64,000 nt of DNA from Erysipelotrichaceae bacterium (GTDB taxonomy: Bacteria; Bacillota_I; Bacilli_A; RFN20; CAG-826): positions 226 to 64,225 of the forward strand of contig JAAYCD010000093.1 in NCBI GenBank assembly GCA_012744375.1. The letters are read 5' to 3'. The stretch's first letter is position 1, and every line of letters begins with the position of its first letter. A program made the translations under genes and the position numbers. The notes beneath the pieces were generated by a model. The model had not been told where the DNA came from. It searched no databases and saw nothing but the letters and a program-made list of their open reading frames with translations. This document shows positions 31,438 to 41,733 of the stretch, one piece after another.

Positions 31438-31641
31438 ATGAAAATTAATGAAGTTCGTGAACTAACAACTAGTGAATTAAAAGAAAAATTATACTCACTC
31501 AAGGAACAACTCTTCGAGCTCCGCAGAAAAAAAGCTGTTGGTGCCCTTGAAAGAGGTGAAGATGTCATCACTGTTAGAAAAGACATCGCTCGCGTCAATC
31601 TCGTTCTTAGGGAACGTGAAATTGAAGCAGAAGGTAAATAA
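31438..31641 (+). CDS. rpmC: 50S ribosomal protein L29
   Basis: [17 protein letters not shown]; operon position. Confidence 0.95.
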   Translation: MKINEVRELTTSELKEKLYSLKEQLFELRRKKAVGALERGEDVITVRKDIARVNLVLREREIEAEGK

Positions 31642-31655
31642 GGAGGACGAACAAT

Positions 31656-32000
31656 ATGGAAAATAGAAAAGTAGCAGCACGTCGTGCTATCGAAGGCGTC
31701 GTCGTTTCTGATAAGAACGCCAAAACCATCGTTGTCCTTGTCGAAACTCACAAAAAACATTCCAAATATGGTAAGCGCGTGAAGTACGGCAAAAAGTACT
31801 ATGCTCATGACGAAGAAAACGCCGCAAAAGTTGGCGACGTCGTCACAATCATGGAAACCCGTAAATTAAGCGCCACTAAACGTTGGAGACTTGTCTCAAT
31901 TGATAAGAAAGCAGAATTATCAATCAAAGAAGCTGGAGCCGAACTAAAAGAAGAACTTCTTGAAGCGGAAACAGTGGAAGAAAATAAGGAGGCCGAATAG
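31656..32000 (+). CDS. rpsQ: 30S ribosomal protein S17 with acidic C-terminal extension
   Basis: GVVVSDK..KTIVV, AHDE.N.AKVGD.V.I.ETR.LS.TKRW. Confidence 0.97.
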   Translation: MENRKVAARRAIEGVVVSDKNAKTIVVLVETHKKHSKYGKRVKYGKKYYAHDEENAAKVGDVVTIMETRKLSATKRWRLVSIDKKAELSIKEAGAELKEELLEAETVEENKEAE

Positions 32001-32003
32001 TCT

Positions 32004-32381
32004 ATGATTCAAAAAGAGACCAACCTAGTTATCGCTGATAACTCTGGCGCTAAATCCGTCCGTGCCTTCAATCTCTATGGCGGTTCAACACGTAAATTTA
32101 GCTCAGTTGGTGATATCATTCTCTGTGCTGTTAAATCCGCTGTACCAAACGGCAAAGTGAAAAAAGGCGACATCGTTAGATGTGTGATCGTCAGAACCAA
32201 AAAAGCTATCGGTCGTCGTGATGGCTCAACCATCGCCTTCGACGATAATGCTGCTGTCATTATTAATGATGATAATATACCTGTGGGTACGCGTGTCTTT
32301 GGTCCTGTGGCTAGAGAACTTCGCGAAAAGGGTATTGAAGGATTCATGAAAATCGTTTCCCTCGCCCCTGAAGTGTTATAA
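32004..32381 (+). CDS. rplN: 50S ribosomal protein L14
   Basis: [28 protein letters not shown]. Confidence 0.98.
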   Translation: MIQKETNLVIADNSGAKSVRAFNLYGGSTRKFSSVGDIILCAVKSAVPNGKVKKGDIVRCVIVRTKKAIGRRDGSTIAFDDNAAVIINDDNIPVGTRVFGPVARELREKGIEGFMKIVSLAPEVL

Positions 32382-32394
32382 GGAGGAAAAAACT

Positions 32395-32700
32395 ATGAAT
32401 CTTGTAAAAGGTGACAAAGTTATCGTGATCGCTGGTCGCGATAAGGGAAAAACTGGCACCATTCAAAAAGTTATTCCTGAAGAAAACCGTGTGGTGGTGG
32501 AAAACGTGAATGTTCGTAAGAAACACATTAAACCATCTCAAAAAAATCCTGATGGTGGCATCGTTGAAATCTATGCCCCTATCCATGCTAGTAACGTTAT
32601 GATACTAGATCCAAAAACTAAAAAACCTACCCGCATCGGTCACAAAATCGTGAAAGGTAAGAAAGTCCGTGTCACAAAAGATAGTGACACAGTGCTATAA
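32395..32700 (+). CDS. rplX: 50S ribosomal protein L24
   Basis: [25 protein letters not shown]. Confidence 0.98.
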   Translation: MNLVKGDKVIVIAGRDKGKTGTIQKVIPEENRVVVENVNVRKKHIKPSQKNPDGGIVEIYAPIHASNVMILDPKTKKPTRIGHKIVKGKKVRVTKDSDTVL

Positions 32701-32713
32701 GGAGGAAGCTGTC

Positions 32714-33415
32714 ATGGCCGAAGAAATTAAAAAAGAAACTAAAGCGCCAGCAAAGAAAGCTGCTCCAAAGAAAGCTACAGCCCCTAAGGCTGAAGCACCA
32801 GTTGTTGAAGCCCCAGCCAAAGCCCCTGCTATTAAAAAAGCTGCTAAAGGTGCTGGCAACAAACAAGCAACACTCGTTAATCGCTTACAACTCAAATACA
32901 AAAATGAAGTAGCACCTAAATTATTAGAAAAATATGGTTACACTTCCCCAATGCAAATTCCTGCTTTAAGCAAAATCGTCATTAATATCGGTGTCGGTGA
33001 TGCTACACAAGATGGTAAAAAGTTAGAACAAGCAGTTAGTGAATTAACACTAATCGCTGGTCAAAAACCAATCATCACTAAAGCGAAAAAGAGCATTGCG
33101 ACCTTCAAATTAAGAGAAGGTCAAGAAATCGGTTGCAAAGTCACTTTAAGAGGTCTAAGAATGTATGACTTCTTTGATAAATTAGTGTCTATCTCACTCC
33201 CAAGAGTGCGCGACTTCCGTGGCGTTAGCAAAAACGCTTTCGATGGTCGTGGCAACTATACACTCGGTATTAAAGAACAATTGATCTTCCCTGAAATCGA
33301 TTACGATAAGGTCGTGAAGGTCCGCGGTATGGACATCGTCATTGTCACAACCGCACAAAACGATGCAGAAGCGTATACCTTATTAGAATTAATGGGTATG
33401 CCATTCCATCGCTAG
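32714..33415 (+). CDS. rplE: 50S ribosomal protein L5 with ~55-aa Lys/Ala/Pro-rich N-terminal extension
   Basis: [38 protein letters not shown] 32714 after AAGGAGG. Confidence 0.97.
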   Translation: MAEEIKKETKAPAKKAAPKKATAPKAEAPVVEAPAKAPAIKKAAKGAGNKQATLVNRLQLKYKNEVAPKLLEKYGYTSPMQIPALSKIVINIGVGDATQDGKKLEQAVSELTLIAGQKPIITKAKKSIATFKLREGQEIGCKVTLRGLRMYDFFDKLVSISLPRVRDFRGVSKNAFDGRGNYTLGIKEQLIFPEIDYDKVVKVRGMDIVIVTTAQNDAEAYTLLELMGMPFHR

Positions 33416-33433
33416 AAAGGAGTTCACAACACT

Positions 33434-33619
33434 ATGGCAAAGACAAGTTTGAAAGTCCGTCAAAGTCGTCCAGCGAAATTCAAAGTTCGTAATTATACTC
33501 GCTGCGAACGTTGTGGACGCCCACATTCTGTTTACAGCAAATTCCACTTATGTCGCATTTGTATTAGAGAATTAGCTTATAAAGGCGAAATTCCCGGCAT
33601 GAAGAAATCATCTTGGTAA
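33434..33619 (+). CDS. rpsN: 30S ribosomal protein S14, Zn-binding short form
   Basis: 61 aa, CERC...CRIC. Confidence 0.97.
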   Translation: MAKTSLKVRQSRPAKFKVRNYTRCERCGRPHSVYSKFHLCRICIRELAYKGEIPGMKKSSW

Positions 33620-33643
33620 AGAAAAGGAGGATATCGATTATTT

Positions 33644-34033
33644 ATGATGACTGATCCAATTGCGGATATGCTTACCCGCATTAGAAACGCGAACGCGTTA
33701 AAATATGAATCTGTGAAGATGCCTTCTAGCAAGATGAAAGTTGAAATCGCAAAGATTCTAAAAGAAGAAGGCTTTATCGTTGACTACAAAGTCACAGGTA
33801 AAGTTAAAAAAGAATTAACCATTAACCTTAAATATCTTGAAGGAGAAAGAATTATTTCTGGTCTTAAAAAGATTTCCAAACCAGGCTTACGTGTTACAGT
33901 CGGTTTTGAAAAACTCCCAAGAGTCTTAAAAGGTTTAGGTATCGCAATTATTTCCACCTCACAAGGCGTGATGACTGACGCAAAAGCCAGAACACTTGGT
34001 ATCGGTGGCGAAGTAATTTGCTATGTCTGGTAA
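33644..34033 (+). CDS. rpsH: 30S ribosomal protein S8
   Basis: [30 protein letters not shown]. Confidence 0.98.
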   Translation: MMTDPIADMLTRIRNANALKYESVKMPSSKMKVEIAKILKEEGFIVDYKVTGKVKKELTINLKYLEGERIISGLKKISKPGLRVTVGFEKLPRVLKGLGIAIISTSQGVMTDAKARTLGIGGEVICYVW

Positions 34034-34047
34034 GGAGGAAAGATATC

Positions 34048-34593
34048 ATGTCACGAATTGGTAACAAACATATCGAACTCCCAGCTGGAGTCACGATCAC
34101 CGAAAAAGATGGCTATGCTATCGTCAGTGGTCCAAAAGGTACTTTAAATGTTATTATTAACGAAGGTATCAAAATGCACATCGAAGGTAATCTAGTTACT
34201 TTCAAACGTGCGAATGACGCTAAACAAATCAAACAAAACCACGGAACAACCCGCGCTAACGTTCATAACGCTGTTGTTGGTGTTTCTGAAGGCTACAAGA
34301 GAGTCTTAGAATTACGCGGCATCGGTTATAAAGCAGCCTTAAAAGGTACTTCTATTGAACTTTGGGCTGGTTATAGTCACACCATGACTGTTGAAGCAAT
34401 GCCAGGCGTCAAAATTTCAATCCCTAATGCCACTGACATTGTTGTTGAAGGCATTGATAAGCAAGCTGTCGGTCAAACTGCCGCTTTAATTCGTGGCGTC
34501 CGCCCACCAGAACCATACCTTGGTAAAGGTATCCGTTATAAAGGTGAAGTGGTTGTCACTAAAGAAGGCAAGCGCGCTGGCGCTGGCAAATAG
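34048..34593 (+). CDS. rplF: 50S ribosomal protein L6
   Basis: MSRIG, GPKGTL, RPPEPY.GKGIRY; start after AAGGAGG. Confidence 0.98.
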   Translation: MSRIGNKHIELPAGVTITEKDGYAIVSGPKGTLNVIINEGIKMHIEGNLVTFKRANDAKQIKQNHGTTRANVHNAVVGVSEGYKRVLELRGIGYKAALKGTSIELWAGYSHTMTVEAMPGVKISIPNATDIVVEGIDKQAVGQTAALIRGVRPPEPYLGKGIRYKGEVVVTKEGKRAGAGK

Positions 34594-34610
34594 GAAGGTA
34601 GGAATGAGTT

Positions 34611-34967
34611 ATGACAAATAAACCTAGCAAAAATGTTTCTCGTTTGAGAAGACATGCTCGTGTCAGAGCCAAAATTTCTGGCACTGCAGAAAAACCAAGA
34701 CTCTGCCTCTATCGTTCTAACAAAAACATTGAAGTGCAACTCATCGATGACGTGAAAGGTGTCACCTTAGTGGCTTCCTCTTCCGTCGCCTTAAAGCTTG
34801 AAAACGGCAGCAATATTGAAGCCGCAAAAGCCGTCGGTAAAGATGTCGCTGAAAAAGCGCTCAAAGCAAATATTAAAACCATCGTCTTTGATAGAAGTGG
34901 TTACCTCTATCATGGTCGTGTCAAAGCTTTAGCTGAAGCCGCTCGTGAAGCTGGCTTAGCGTTCTAA
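34611..34967 (+). CDS. rplR: 50S ribosomal protein L18
   Basis: [32 protein letters not shown]. Confidence 0.98.
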   Translation: MTNKPSKNVSRLRRHARVRAKISGTAEKPRLCLYRSNKNIEVQLIDDVKGVTLVASSSVALKLENGSNIEAAKAVGKDVAEKALKANIKTIVFDRSGYLYHGRVKALAEAAREAGLAF

Positions 34968-34981
34968 TGGAGGAAATGCAC

Positions 34982-35593
34982 ATGGAAGAAAATAAAGTCG
35001 TCGTAGCGGAAACTGAAACCGCTGCCCCAGTTGCTCCAAAGGCAGATGCTCCACAAGGACAACGCCGCGATAATAGACGCCCAGCTCGTAGAGGTGGTCC
35101 ACGTGAAAGACGTGAACGCCGCGATGAATACAAAGAATTCGAAGAACGCGTTGTATTTATCAACAGAGTATCTAAAACCGTCAAAGGTGGTCGTCGTATG
35201 AAATTCACGGCCCTCGTAGTGGTTGGCGATCGCAAAGGTAAATATGGTTTTGCAGTCGGTAAAGCCGCTGAAGTCCCAGATGCTATCAAAAAAGCAATTG
35301 AAGCTGCAAAAAAGAATTTATACCAAATTCATTTAGTAAAGGGTTTCACAATTGCCCACGAAATCATCGGTAAGTTCGGTGCTTGCAACGTGTTATTAAA
35401 ACCTGCACCAGACGGCACAGGTATCGTTGCTGGCGGTCCAGTGAGAGCAATTCTCGAACTCGCTGGCGTGCAAAACGTCTGTAGTAAAGTCTATGGCAGT
35501 CGTGCTCCAATTAACATTATTAGAGCTACAAACCAAGGCTTAAATAACCTCAAAAACTACAAAGTTATGAAAAAACTTCGTGGTAAAGAATAA
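34982..35593 (+). CDS. rpsE: 30S ribosomal protein S5 with N-terminal extension
   Basis: [30 protein letters not shown]; start 34982 (GGAGG SD) or 34967. Confidence 0.97.
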   Translation: MEENKVVVAETETAAPVAPKADAPQGQRRDNRRPARRGGPRERRERRDEYKEFEERVVFINRVSKTVKGGRRMKFTALVVVGDRKGKYGFAVGKAAEVPDAIKKAIEAAKKNLYQIHLVKGFTIAHEIIGKFGACNVLLKPAPDGTGIVAGGPVRAILELAGVQNVCSKVYGSRAPINIIRATNQGLNNLKNYKVMKKLRGKE

Positions 35594-35635
35594 TTAATTA
35601 CCCGTAATAACAACTAAGAAATTGGAGGTGTACAT

Positions 35636-36076
35636 ATGAAATTGCATGAACTTCAAACCACAGATGGATCCCGTTTCGAACGTTTCCGCAAAGGTCGCGG
35701 TATTGGTTCTGGCAACGGCAAAACTGCTGGTAAAGGCCATAAAGGTCAAAATGCCCGTAGTGGTGGCGGTGTCGCACTAGGCTTCGAAGGTGGCCAATTA
35801 CCACTTTGGAGAGCTTTACCAAAACGTGGTTTTAAGAATGTTAATCATGTCAATTATGCAACCATTAATGTTTCCGCTTTAAATCAATTTGAAGATGGTA
35901 CAGTGGTCACCCCAGCATTACTCATTGAAGAAGGCTTATTAAAAAAAGAATATGATGGATTAAAAGTGTTAGGTGACGGCAAGTTGACAAAGAAGTTAAC
36001 TGTTCAAGCCAAGGCTTTTTCCAAAACTGCTGAAGCCGCAATCGTGAACGCTGGTGGCAAAATTGAGGTGATTTAG
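35636..36076 (+). CDS. rplO: 50S ribosomal protein L15
   Basis: [31 protein letters not shown]. Confidence 0.98.
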   Translation: MKLHELQTTDGSRFERFRKGRGIGSGNGKTAGKGHKGQNARSGGGVALGFEGGQLPLWRALPKRGFKNVNHVNYATINVSALNQFEDGTVVTPALLIEEGLLKKEYDGLKVLGDGKLTKKLTVQAKAFSKTAEAAIVNAGGKIEVI

Positions 36077-36077
36077 C

Positions 36078-37445
36078 ATGAAAAAACTAGTTAATATCAT
36101 CAAAAATAAAGAGATTATGGGGCGCATAGTTTTTACGCTCCTTATCCTCTTCATTTTCCGGCTCGGCGCCCAAGTTACTGTTCCTGGTGTTTCTATTCCA
36201 GATGACAGTCTACTTAATCAATACTTAAATGGTAACAATGCTCTCTCGCTCATGAATTTGTTGGGCGGTGGTACATTACAAAGTTTCTCCATTTTCGCTC
36301 TTGGCGTTAGCCCTTATATTACTGCTCAAATCATTGTCCAATTATTGTCTACTGATGTTTTACCAGCTTTGACTGAATTAAAACGTCAAGGTCAATATGG
36401 TCGTAAAAAAATTGAAATGGCCACTCGTTACCTCACCTTAATGCTTGGTGCGGTGCAAGCATATGGCATCATTAAAACCATGGAGGCAAGTGAATATATT
36501 TCCTTCACTACCGTCGAATACGAGTGGATGACTTACATCTATATCGTCGTCGTCTTGCTCGCTGGTTCGATGTTAGTTATGTGGCTTGGTGACCAAATTT
36601 CCACTAAAGGTATCGGTAATGGTGTTTCGATGATCATCTTCGCTGGTATCGTGTCTTCGCTCCCATCACAAATGATGCAAGCATGGCAAATGTGGGCTTC
36701 TCCATACGTCTTCGCGCAAGGCGAAAGTGAGACGATTGCAGGTATCTTTAAGTTCCTGCTATATGTATTCGCTTATTTGTTGATTGTAGCCTTTGTTACT
36801 TTCATCGAATTATCAAAAAGAAAAATTCCAGTCCAACATTCTGGCAAGGGTGGCGGCCAAACGCAAAGTATGGCTCGTGCCTCCTTCTTGCCGATTAAGA
36901 TTAACTCCGCCGGCGTTATTCCTGTCATTTTCGCAAGTTCTATTTTAATGGCGCCAAGCGTCATCATGGCTTTCGTTGATGCTGATCAAGGAGCTGGCGC
37001 CGAATGGCTCAATATCTTCAATACCTCTGTTTTATATGACAATGGTGGTTGGTATATGCCATGGGGCTTAATCATTTATATCATCTTAGTAATCGCCTTC
37101 TCATTCTTCTATGCGAATATGCAAATCAATCCTGCACAACTCGCTGAAAACTTCCAAAAGAATGGTTCTTATATTCCAGGTGTTCACCAAGGTAATGAAA
37201 CCGAACGCTATGTGCGTAAAGTGTTGAACCGTGTCACTGTAATTGGTGCCTCGGCCCTAGCACTTATCGCCGCTCTACCTCCAGTCTTAACTATGACTGG
37301 CGTGTTCGGCGCTAATAACTCACTAGCTTTAGGTGGCACTGGTCTTATCATCGTCGTTGGTGTTGCTCTTGAACTTAACAATCAAATTGATGGTTTACTC
37401 GCTGGTAAATCGTTTGAAGAAGTCATTTCTAGAGGTCGAGAATAA
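36078..37445 (+). CDS. secY: preprotein translocase subunit SecY
   Basis: SIFALGVSPYITAQII, GIGNGVS.IIF.GI, AGVIPVIFASS, GGTGLIIVVGV. Confidence 0.98.
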   Translation: MKKLVNIIKNKEIMGRIVFTLLILFIFRLGAQVTVPGVSIPDDSLLNQYLNGNNALSLMNLLGGGTLQSFSIFALGVSPYITAQIIVQLLSTDVLPALTELKRQGQYGRKKIEMATRYLTLMLGAVQAYGIIKTMEASEYISFTTVEYEWMTYIYIVVVLLAGSMLVMWLGDQISTKGIGNGVSMIIFAGIVSSLPSQMMQAWQMWASPYVFAQGESETIAGIFKFLLYVFAYLLIVAFVTFIELSKRKIPVQHSGKGGGQTQSMARASFLPIKINSAGVIPVIFASSILMAPSVIMAFVDADQGAGAEWLNIFNTSVLYDNGGWYMPWGLIIYIILVIAFSFFYANMQINPAQLAENFQKNGSYIPGVHQGNETERYVRKVLNRVTVIGASALALIAALPPVLTMTGVFGANNSLALGGTGLIIVVGVALELNNQIDGLLAGKSFEEVISRGRE

Positions 37446-38092
37446 TGAAGCGCAGTATTATTTTGATGGGCCCTCCTGGTGCAGGTAAGGGTACGCTCGC
37501 AAAAAAATTAATCTCGCTTGGATTGGTTCATATTTCCACTGGTGATATGTTCCGCGAAGCGATTAAAGCTGGCACAGCGCTTGGCCAGTTAGCCGAGCAA
37601 TTCATCAAACGTGGGGACTTAGTGCCCGACGAAGTGACAATCGGTATCGTGAAAGAAAGACTTTCACAAGAAGATTGTGCAAATGGTTTTCTATTAGATG
37701 GTTTCCCACGCACTTTAGTACAAGCTGAAGCACTTGATGAAATCACTAAAGAAATAGTTCGTCCAATTGACGTTGTTCTCAACCTTGATTGTGATGAAAA
37801 GGAATTAGTGCGTCGTATTTCTGGTCGCCGCGTCTGTAAAGTATGCGGTGCTCCGTATCATATCGACACATTAAAGCCAAAAGTCGATGGTGTGTGTGAT
37901 TTATGCGGCGGTCCTTTATATCAGCGTAATGATGATAATGAAGAGGCCTTAAAAGTCCGTTTAGAACACTATACCCATCAAACCAAACCCCTTCTTGAAT
38001 TTTATCAAGTCAAAGGGTTGCTTCATAACTTCAATGGTTCATTGAGGAGTGAAGTATTATTCGATGAAATTGTCGAATTTCTGAAAAGTTAA
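37445..38092 (+). CDS. adk: adenylate kinase (Zn-lid type)
   Basis: GPPGAGKGT, HISTGDMFR, GFLLDGFPRT, CKVC...CDLC. Confidence 0.98.
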   Translation: MKRSIILMGPPGAGKGTLAKKLISLGLVHISTGDMFREAIKAGTALGQLAEQFIKRGDLVPDEVTIGIVKERLSQEDCANGFLLDGFPRTLVQAEALDEITKEIVRPIDVVLNLDCDEKELVRRISGRRVCKVCGAPYHIDTLKPKVDGVCDLCGGPLYQRNDDNEEALKVRLEHYTHQTKPLLEFYQVKGLLHNFNGSLRSEVLFDEIVEFLKS

Positions 38093-38095
38093 TTT

Positions 38096-38869
38096 ATGAT
38101 TATCGTCAAGTCACCAAGGGAAATAGCCTTAATGAAAAATGCCGGCAAGCTCGTTGCTAAAGTGTTCGAGACTGTTGGTCCAATGATTAAACCAGGCGTT
38201 TCCACTTATGAAATCAACGAAGCGGCTGAAAGAGTCATCTATGATGGTGGTGGCACTTGTCCGTGCAAGGGTTATTATGATTATCCTGCCGGCACTTGTG
38301 TTTCCGTCAACGATACGCTGATTCACGGCATTCCTTCGAAAAAAATCATTTTACAAGACGGGGACATAGTTTCCCTTGATGTCGTGGCGTGTCTTAATGG
38401 GTATTGCGCTGATGCCACTAGAACATTCTTGGTTGGCACGTGCAAAGAGAGTGTTAAAAAACTTGTAGAAGTTTGTAAAAATGCCTTCTTTGCTGGAATT
38501 AAACAAGCTAAACCAGGCAATCGAGTTGGTGATATCTCCGCTGCCATTCAAACATACGTAGAAGCTTCAGGTTATCATGTCGCGCGTGATTTTGCCGGTC
38601 ATGGAATTGGCAAAAATATGCACGAAGACCCAAGTGTCCCAAATTATGGAAATCCCGGCAGTGGTGCTTTATTGCAAAAAGGTATGGCGCTTGCTGTTGA
38701 ACCTATGATTTTAGAAGGGCACGCTCAAACACGTGTTCTCGGGGATGGTTGGACTGTCAAAAGTAAAGATGGAAAATTGACCTGTCATTACGAAAACACC
38801 ATCATCATCACTGAAGAAGGTTGCGAAATAATCACATTAACTATAGGAGAGGAGCAAATTAATGGCTAA
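38096..38869 (+). CDS. map: methionine aminopeptidase type I
   Basis: SVND..IHGIP, GHGIG..MHEDP, EPMI, HYENTI. Confidence 0.97.
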   Translation: MIIVKSPREIALMKNAGKLVAKVFETVGPMIKPGVSTYEINEAAERVIYDGGGTCPCKGYYDYPAGTCVSVNDTLIHGIPSKKIILQDGDIVSLDVVACLNGYCADATRTFLVGTCKESVKKLVEVCKNAFFAGIKQAKPGNRVGDISAAIQTYVEASGYHVARDFAGHGIGKNMHEDPSVPNYGNPGSGALLQKGMALAVEPMILEGHAQTRVLGDGWTVKSKDGKLTCHYENTIIITEEGCEIITLTIGEEQING

Positions 38870-39080
38870 AACAGATGTCATCGAAGTTCAGGCGGTCGTT
38901 AAAGAATGTTTACCAAACGTAATGTTTAAGGTTGAACTAGAAAACGGCGTCGTAATCTTGGCCACCGTTTCTGGAAAAATCCGTATGAATCACATACGCA
39001 TTCTCCCGGGAGATAGAGTTACGATAGAAATCTCGCCTTATGATTTAACACGGGGCCGTATTACATACCGATTCAAGTAA
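38862..39080 (+). CDS. infA: translation initiation factor IF-1
   Basis: [30 protein letters not shown]. Confidence 0.98.
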   Translation: MAKTDVIEVQAVVKECLPNVMFKVELENGVVILATVSGKIRMNHIRILPGDRVTIEISPYDLTRGRITYRFK

Positions 39081-39104
39081 TGAATCATTAGGAGGAAAAA
39101 AACT

Positions 39105-39218
39105 ATGAAAGTTAGACCTTCCGTCAAACCAATCTGCTCTAAGTGCAGAGTCATCAAAAGACATGGCAAAGTCATGGTCATTTGCGCTGACCCTAAGCAC
39201 AAACAGAGACAGGGTTAA
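39105..39218 (+). CDS. rpmJ: 50S ribosomal protein L36
   Basis: Below the ORF-track cutoff; manual translation [37 protein letters not shown]. Confidence 0.97.
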   Translation: MKVRPSVKPICSKCRVIKRHGKVMVICADPKHKQRQG

Positions 39219-39237
39219 TTTAGGAGGAAATTAGAAT

Positions 39238-39612
39238 ATGGCACGTATTGTTGGTGTTGATATTCCAAACGACAAACCAGTAGGTATCGCTCTTACTTAC
39301 ATCTATGGTATCGGTCGTTATACCGCAGAATTAATTTGTGAAAAAGCAAAAGTTGATTTTGCCATCAGAGTGAAAGATTTAACAGACGATCAATTAGGCG
39401 CAGTCCGTAATGCGATTAGTCACTTCAAAAATGAAGGTGACCTCCGTCGTGAAGTTGCCCTAAATATCAAACGTTTATCCGAAATTGGTTGCTATCGTGG
39501 CGTTCGCCATAGAAGAGGCTTACCAGTTCGCGGTCAAAGAACAAAGACCAATGCTCGTACTCGCAAAGGTCCACGCAAAACCATCGCTAATAAAAAGATG
39601 GCACCTAAATAA
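39238..39612 (+). CDS. rpsM: 30S ribosomal protein S13
   Basis: [32 protein letters not shown]. Confidence 0.98.
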   Translation: MARIVGVDIPNDKPVGIALTYIYGIGRYTAELICEKAKVDFAIRVKDLTDDQLGAVRNAISHFKNEGDLRREVALNIKRLSEIGCYRGVRHRRGLPVRGQRTKTNARTRKGPRKTIANKKMAPK

Positions 39613-39630
39613 AGAGAGGAGTAAAGAATT

Positions 39631-40017
39631 ATGGCTAAAACTACAATCCGTAAAAAGAAAGTCAAACGTACCTTTACTCGCGGTGTCGCCCACATTCACG
39701 CGACATTCAATAACACCATCGTTACTATTTGTGACGAACAAGGTAATGCTCTTGCTTGGAGCAGCGCTGGTGCTAATGGTTTCAAAGGTGCGAAAAAGAG
39801 TACTCCATTCGCCGCTATGCAAGCCGCTGAAGCTGCTGGTAGAGCCGCGTATGAACAAGGCATCCGTCAAGTCGATGTGGATGTCAAGGGCCCAGGCCCA
39901 GGCAGAGAAGGTGCCATTCGTTCCCTCGCTGTCGCAGGTTTACAAGTATTATCAATTGTTGATACAACCCCAATTCCACACAATGGTTGCCGCCCACCAA
40001 AGAAACCACGCGGCTAA
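39631..40017 (+). CDS. rpsK: 30S ribosomal protein S11
   Basis: [32 protein letters not shown]. Confidence 0.98.
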   Translation: MAKTTIRKKKVKRTFTRGVAHIHATFNNTIVTICDEQGNALAWSSAGANGFKGAKKSTPFAAMQAAEAAGRAAYEQGIRQVDVDVKGPGPGREGAIRSLAVAGLQVLSIVDTTPIPHNGCRPPKKPRG

Positions 40018-40041
40018 TTTGAATTAGGAGGGAAGCAAGTT

Positions 40042-41007
40042 ATGAAAATTGCAAATCCATTTGAAAGATTTGGTATTACTCAGGCTGATTATGACGACAA
40101 GGAGAACTATGGTCGCTTTGTCATTGAACCCTTAGAAAGAGGTTTCGGTCTCACATTAGGTAATGCCCTACGCAGAGTTTTATTGTCTGCTCTACCAGGC
40201 GCATCCATTTATGCGGTCGAAGTCGAGGGTGCACGTCATGAGTTCACTGCCCTTCCAGGCGTGGAAGAAGATGTGACAACCATCATCTTAAATTTAAAAG
40301 ATTTAGTCTTACGCATCGATAGCGAAGATATGTCCAACAAACGTTTGGAAATCAACGTTACTGGTCCAGCTCTCGTCAAAGCAGGTGATATTATTTGCCC
40401 AGCTGGTGTCGAAGTTGTCAATCCAGATTTAGTAATCGCCAACGTCACAGAAAGCGGTTCTTTACGCATGATTCTCCATGCTCGTAATGGCCGTGGCTTC
40501 GTCACTGGCGAATACAACAAAACCTTATTCTCATCTTTACAATTAGGCACTATTTGTACTGATAGTAATTATTCCCCAGTTAAGAAAGCTAACTTCATCG
40601 TCGATGGTACACGTGTGGGTCACGACAGTCGTTTTGATATCTTAACCATTGAAGTTTGGACAAATGGTTCCATGCTTCCTCAAGAAGCGCTCGCTTTAGC
40701 AGCAAAAATTCTTATTGACCACTTCTCTAAGTTTCTCGATGTCGCCGATATCGCTCGCGATATCAACATCGAAAAAGATGTGGTGCAAGTCGAAGAAAAC
40801 AAATATGAGAACTTCATTATTGAAGAACTCGATTTATCGGTCCGTTCTTACAACTGTTTAAAAAGAGCTGGTGTTGCCACCGTTCTAGAACTCACAGAAA
40901 AGACCGAAGAAGAAATGATGAAAGTCAAAAACCTTGGCAAGAAATCTTTAAAAGAAATAAAAGAAAAACTTGCGGCTTATGGCTTGTCATTCAAAGATTT
41001 TGAATAG
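40042..41007 (+). CDS. rpoA: RNA polymerase subunit alpha
   Basis: EPLERGFG.TLGNALRRVLLS, IEELDLSVRSYNCLKRAG. Confidence 0.98.
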   Translation: MKIANPFERFGITQADYDDKENYGRFVIEPLERGFGLTLGNALRRVLLSALPGASIYAVEVEGARHEFTALPGVEEDVTTIILNLKDLVLRIDSEDMSNKRLEINVTGPALVKAGDIICPAGVEVVNPDLVIANVTESGSLRMILHARNGRGFVTGEYNKTLFSSLQLGTICTDSNYSPVKKANFIVDGTRVGHDSRFDILTIEVWTNGSMLPQEALALAAKILIDHFSKFLDVADIARDINIEKDVVQVEENKYENFIIEELDLSVRSYNCLKRAGVATVLELTEKTEEEMMKVKNLGKKSLKEIKEKLAAYGLSFKDFE

Positions 41008-41021
41008 GGAGGTCACACAAC

Positions 41022-41429
41022 ATGCCAGCACAAGGTAGAAAAAATGTTCATGGTAAAACAGGCGTTAGATTTAAGGCCGCTTACACCAAGAGCAAATATG
41101 AAAATATGCTTCGTAATGTCGTCACCGATTTAATCATTCATGGTTCCATCAAAGTGACTACAGCCGTCTCTAAAGACGTCATCAAAGAAGCCGATCGTTT
41201 AGTGACATTAACAAAAAATGAAGATGTGATGAATGCCAAACGCCAAGCAGCCAGATTCGTTCGCAACATCATTGCCGATGAAAAAACTAACCTTACTGCG
41301 TTAGATAAATTATTCGCCGAAATCGGTCCAAAGATGAAAGATCGTAACGGTGGCTACACCAAGCAATTCAAATTAGAAAATCGCCGCGGTGACAATGCAC
41401 CTATCGTCTTAGTTACTTGGGTTGATTAA
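41022..41429 (+). CDS. rplQ: 50S ribosomal protein L17 (divergent N-terminus)
   Basis: MLRN.VTDLI.HG.I..T, KLF.EIGP...DRNGGYT, RRGDNAP. Confidence 0.95.
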   Translation: MPAQGRKNVHGKTGVRFKAAYTKSKYENMLRNVVTDLIIHGSIKVTTAVSKDVIKEADRLVTLTKNEDVMNAKRQAARFVRNIIADEKTNLTALDKLFAEIGPKMKDRNGGYTKQFKLENRRGDNAPIVLVTWVD

Positions 41430-41455
41430 TATATTAATCACTAAAATATCAAAAT

Positions 41456-41482
41456 ATACCTCACACATGTGGGGTATTTTTT
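41456..41482 (+). terminator. terminator of the ribosomal superoperon
   Basis: ATACCTCAC/GTGGGGTAT hairpin (one G-U pair) then TTTTT. Confidence 0.8.
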
Positions 41483-41733
41483 ACCAACAAAGATCAAAGG
41501 CATTACAATATTGTTCGTCCGCTATTTTGCAAAGACAAAAAGATGAAATAAAATAGATGTTCGACTATCAAATTTGGAACTTTATTCCCAAATTATTAAT
41601 TTCATGTATAATCTATTAAAAGCTAATATGGCTTAAAAGTCGTTTTTATGTTTCCTTTTCTTTACCGTAAAGGCTACAATATATGCCATATGGTTGCTAG
41701 AATATTTCAAGTGCTAGAAAGAATGAACAAAAG

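Noticed and set aside
39485..40027. 180-aa alternative-frame ORF, and many similar overlapping or antisense ORFs across the ribosomal operon and hydrogenase genes
   Set aside because: Fully overlap well-conserved genes, show no motifs or SD, and are explained by codon bias
40018..40041. rpsD absent between rpsK and rpoA
   Set aside because: Normal for Bacilli, where rpsD lies elsewhere
41483..41733. Possible sRNA in the rplQ-gpsA gap (AATTTGG/CCAAATT hairpin, TGCTAGAA twice)
   Set aside because: Short AT-rich matches expected by chance; the region is adequately explained as promoter DNA
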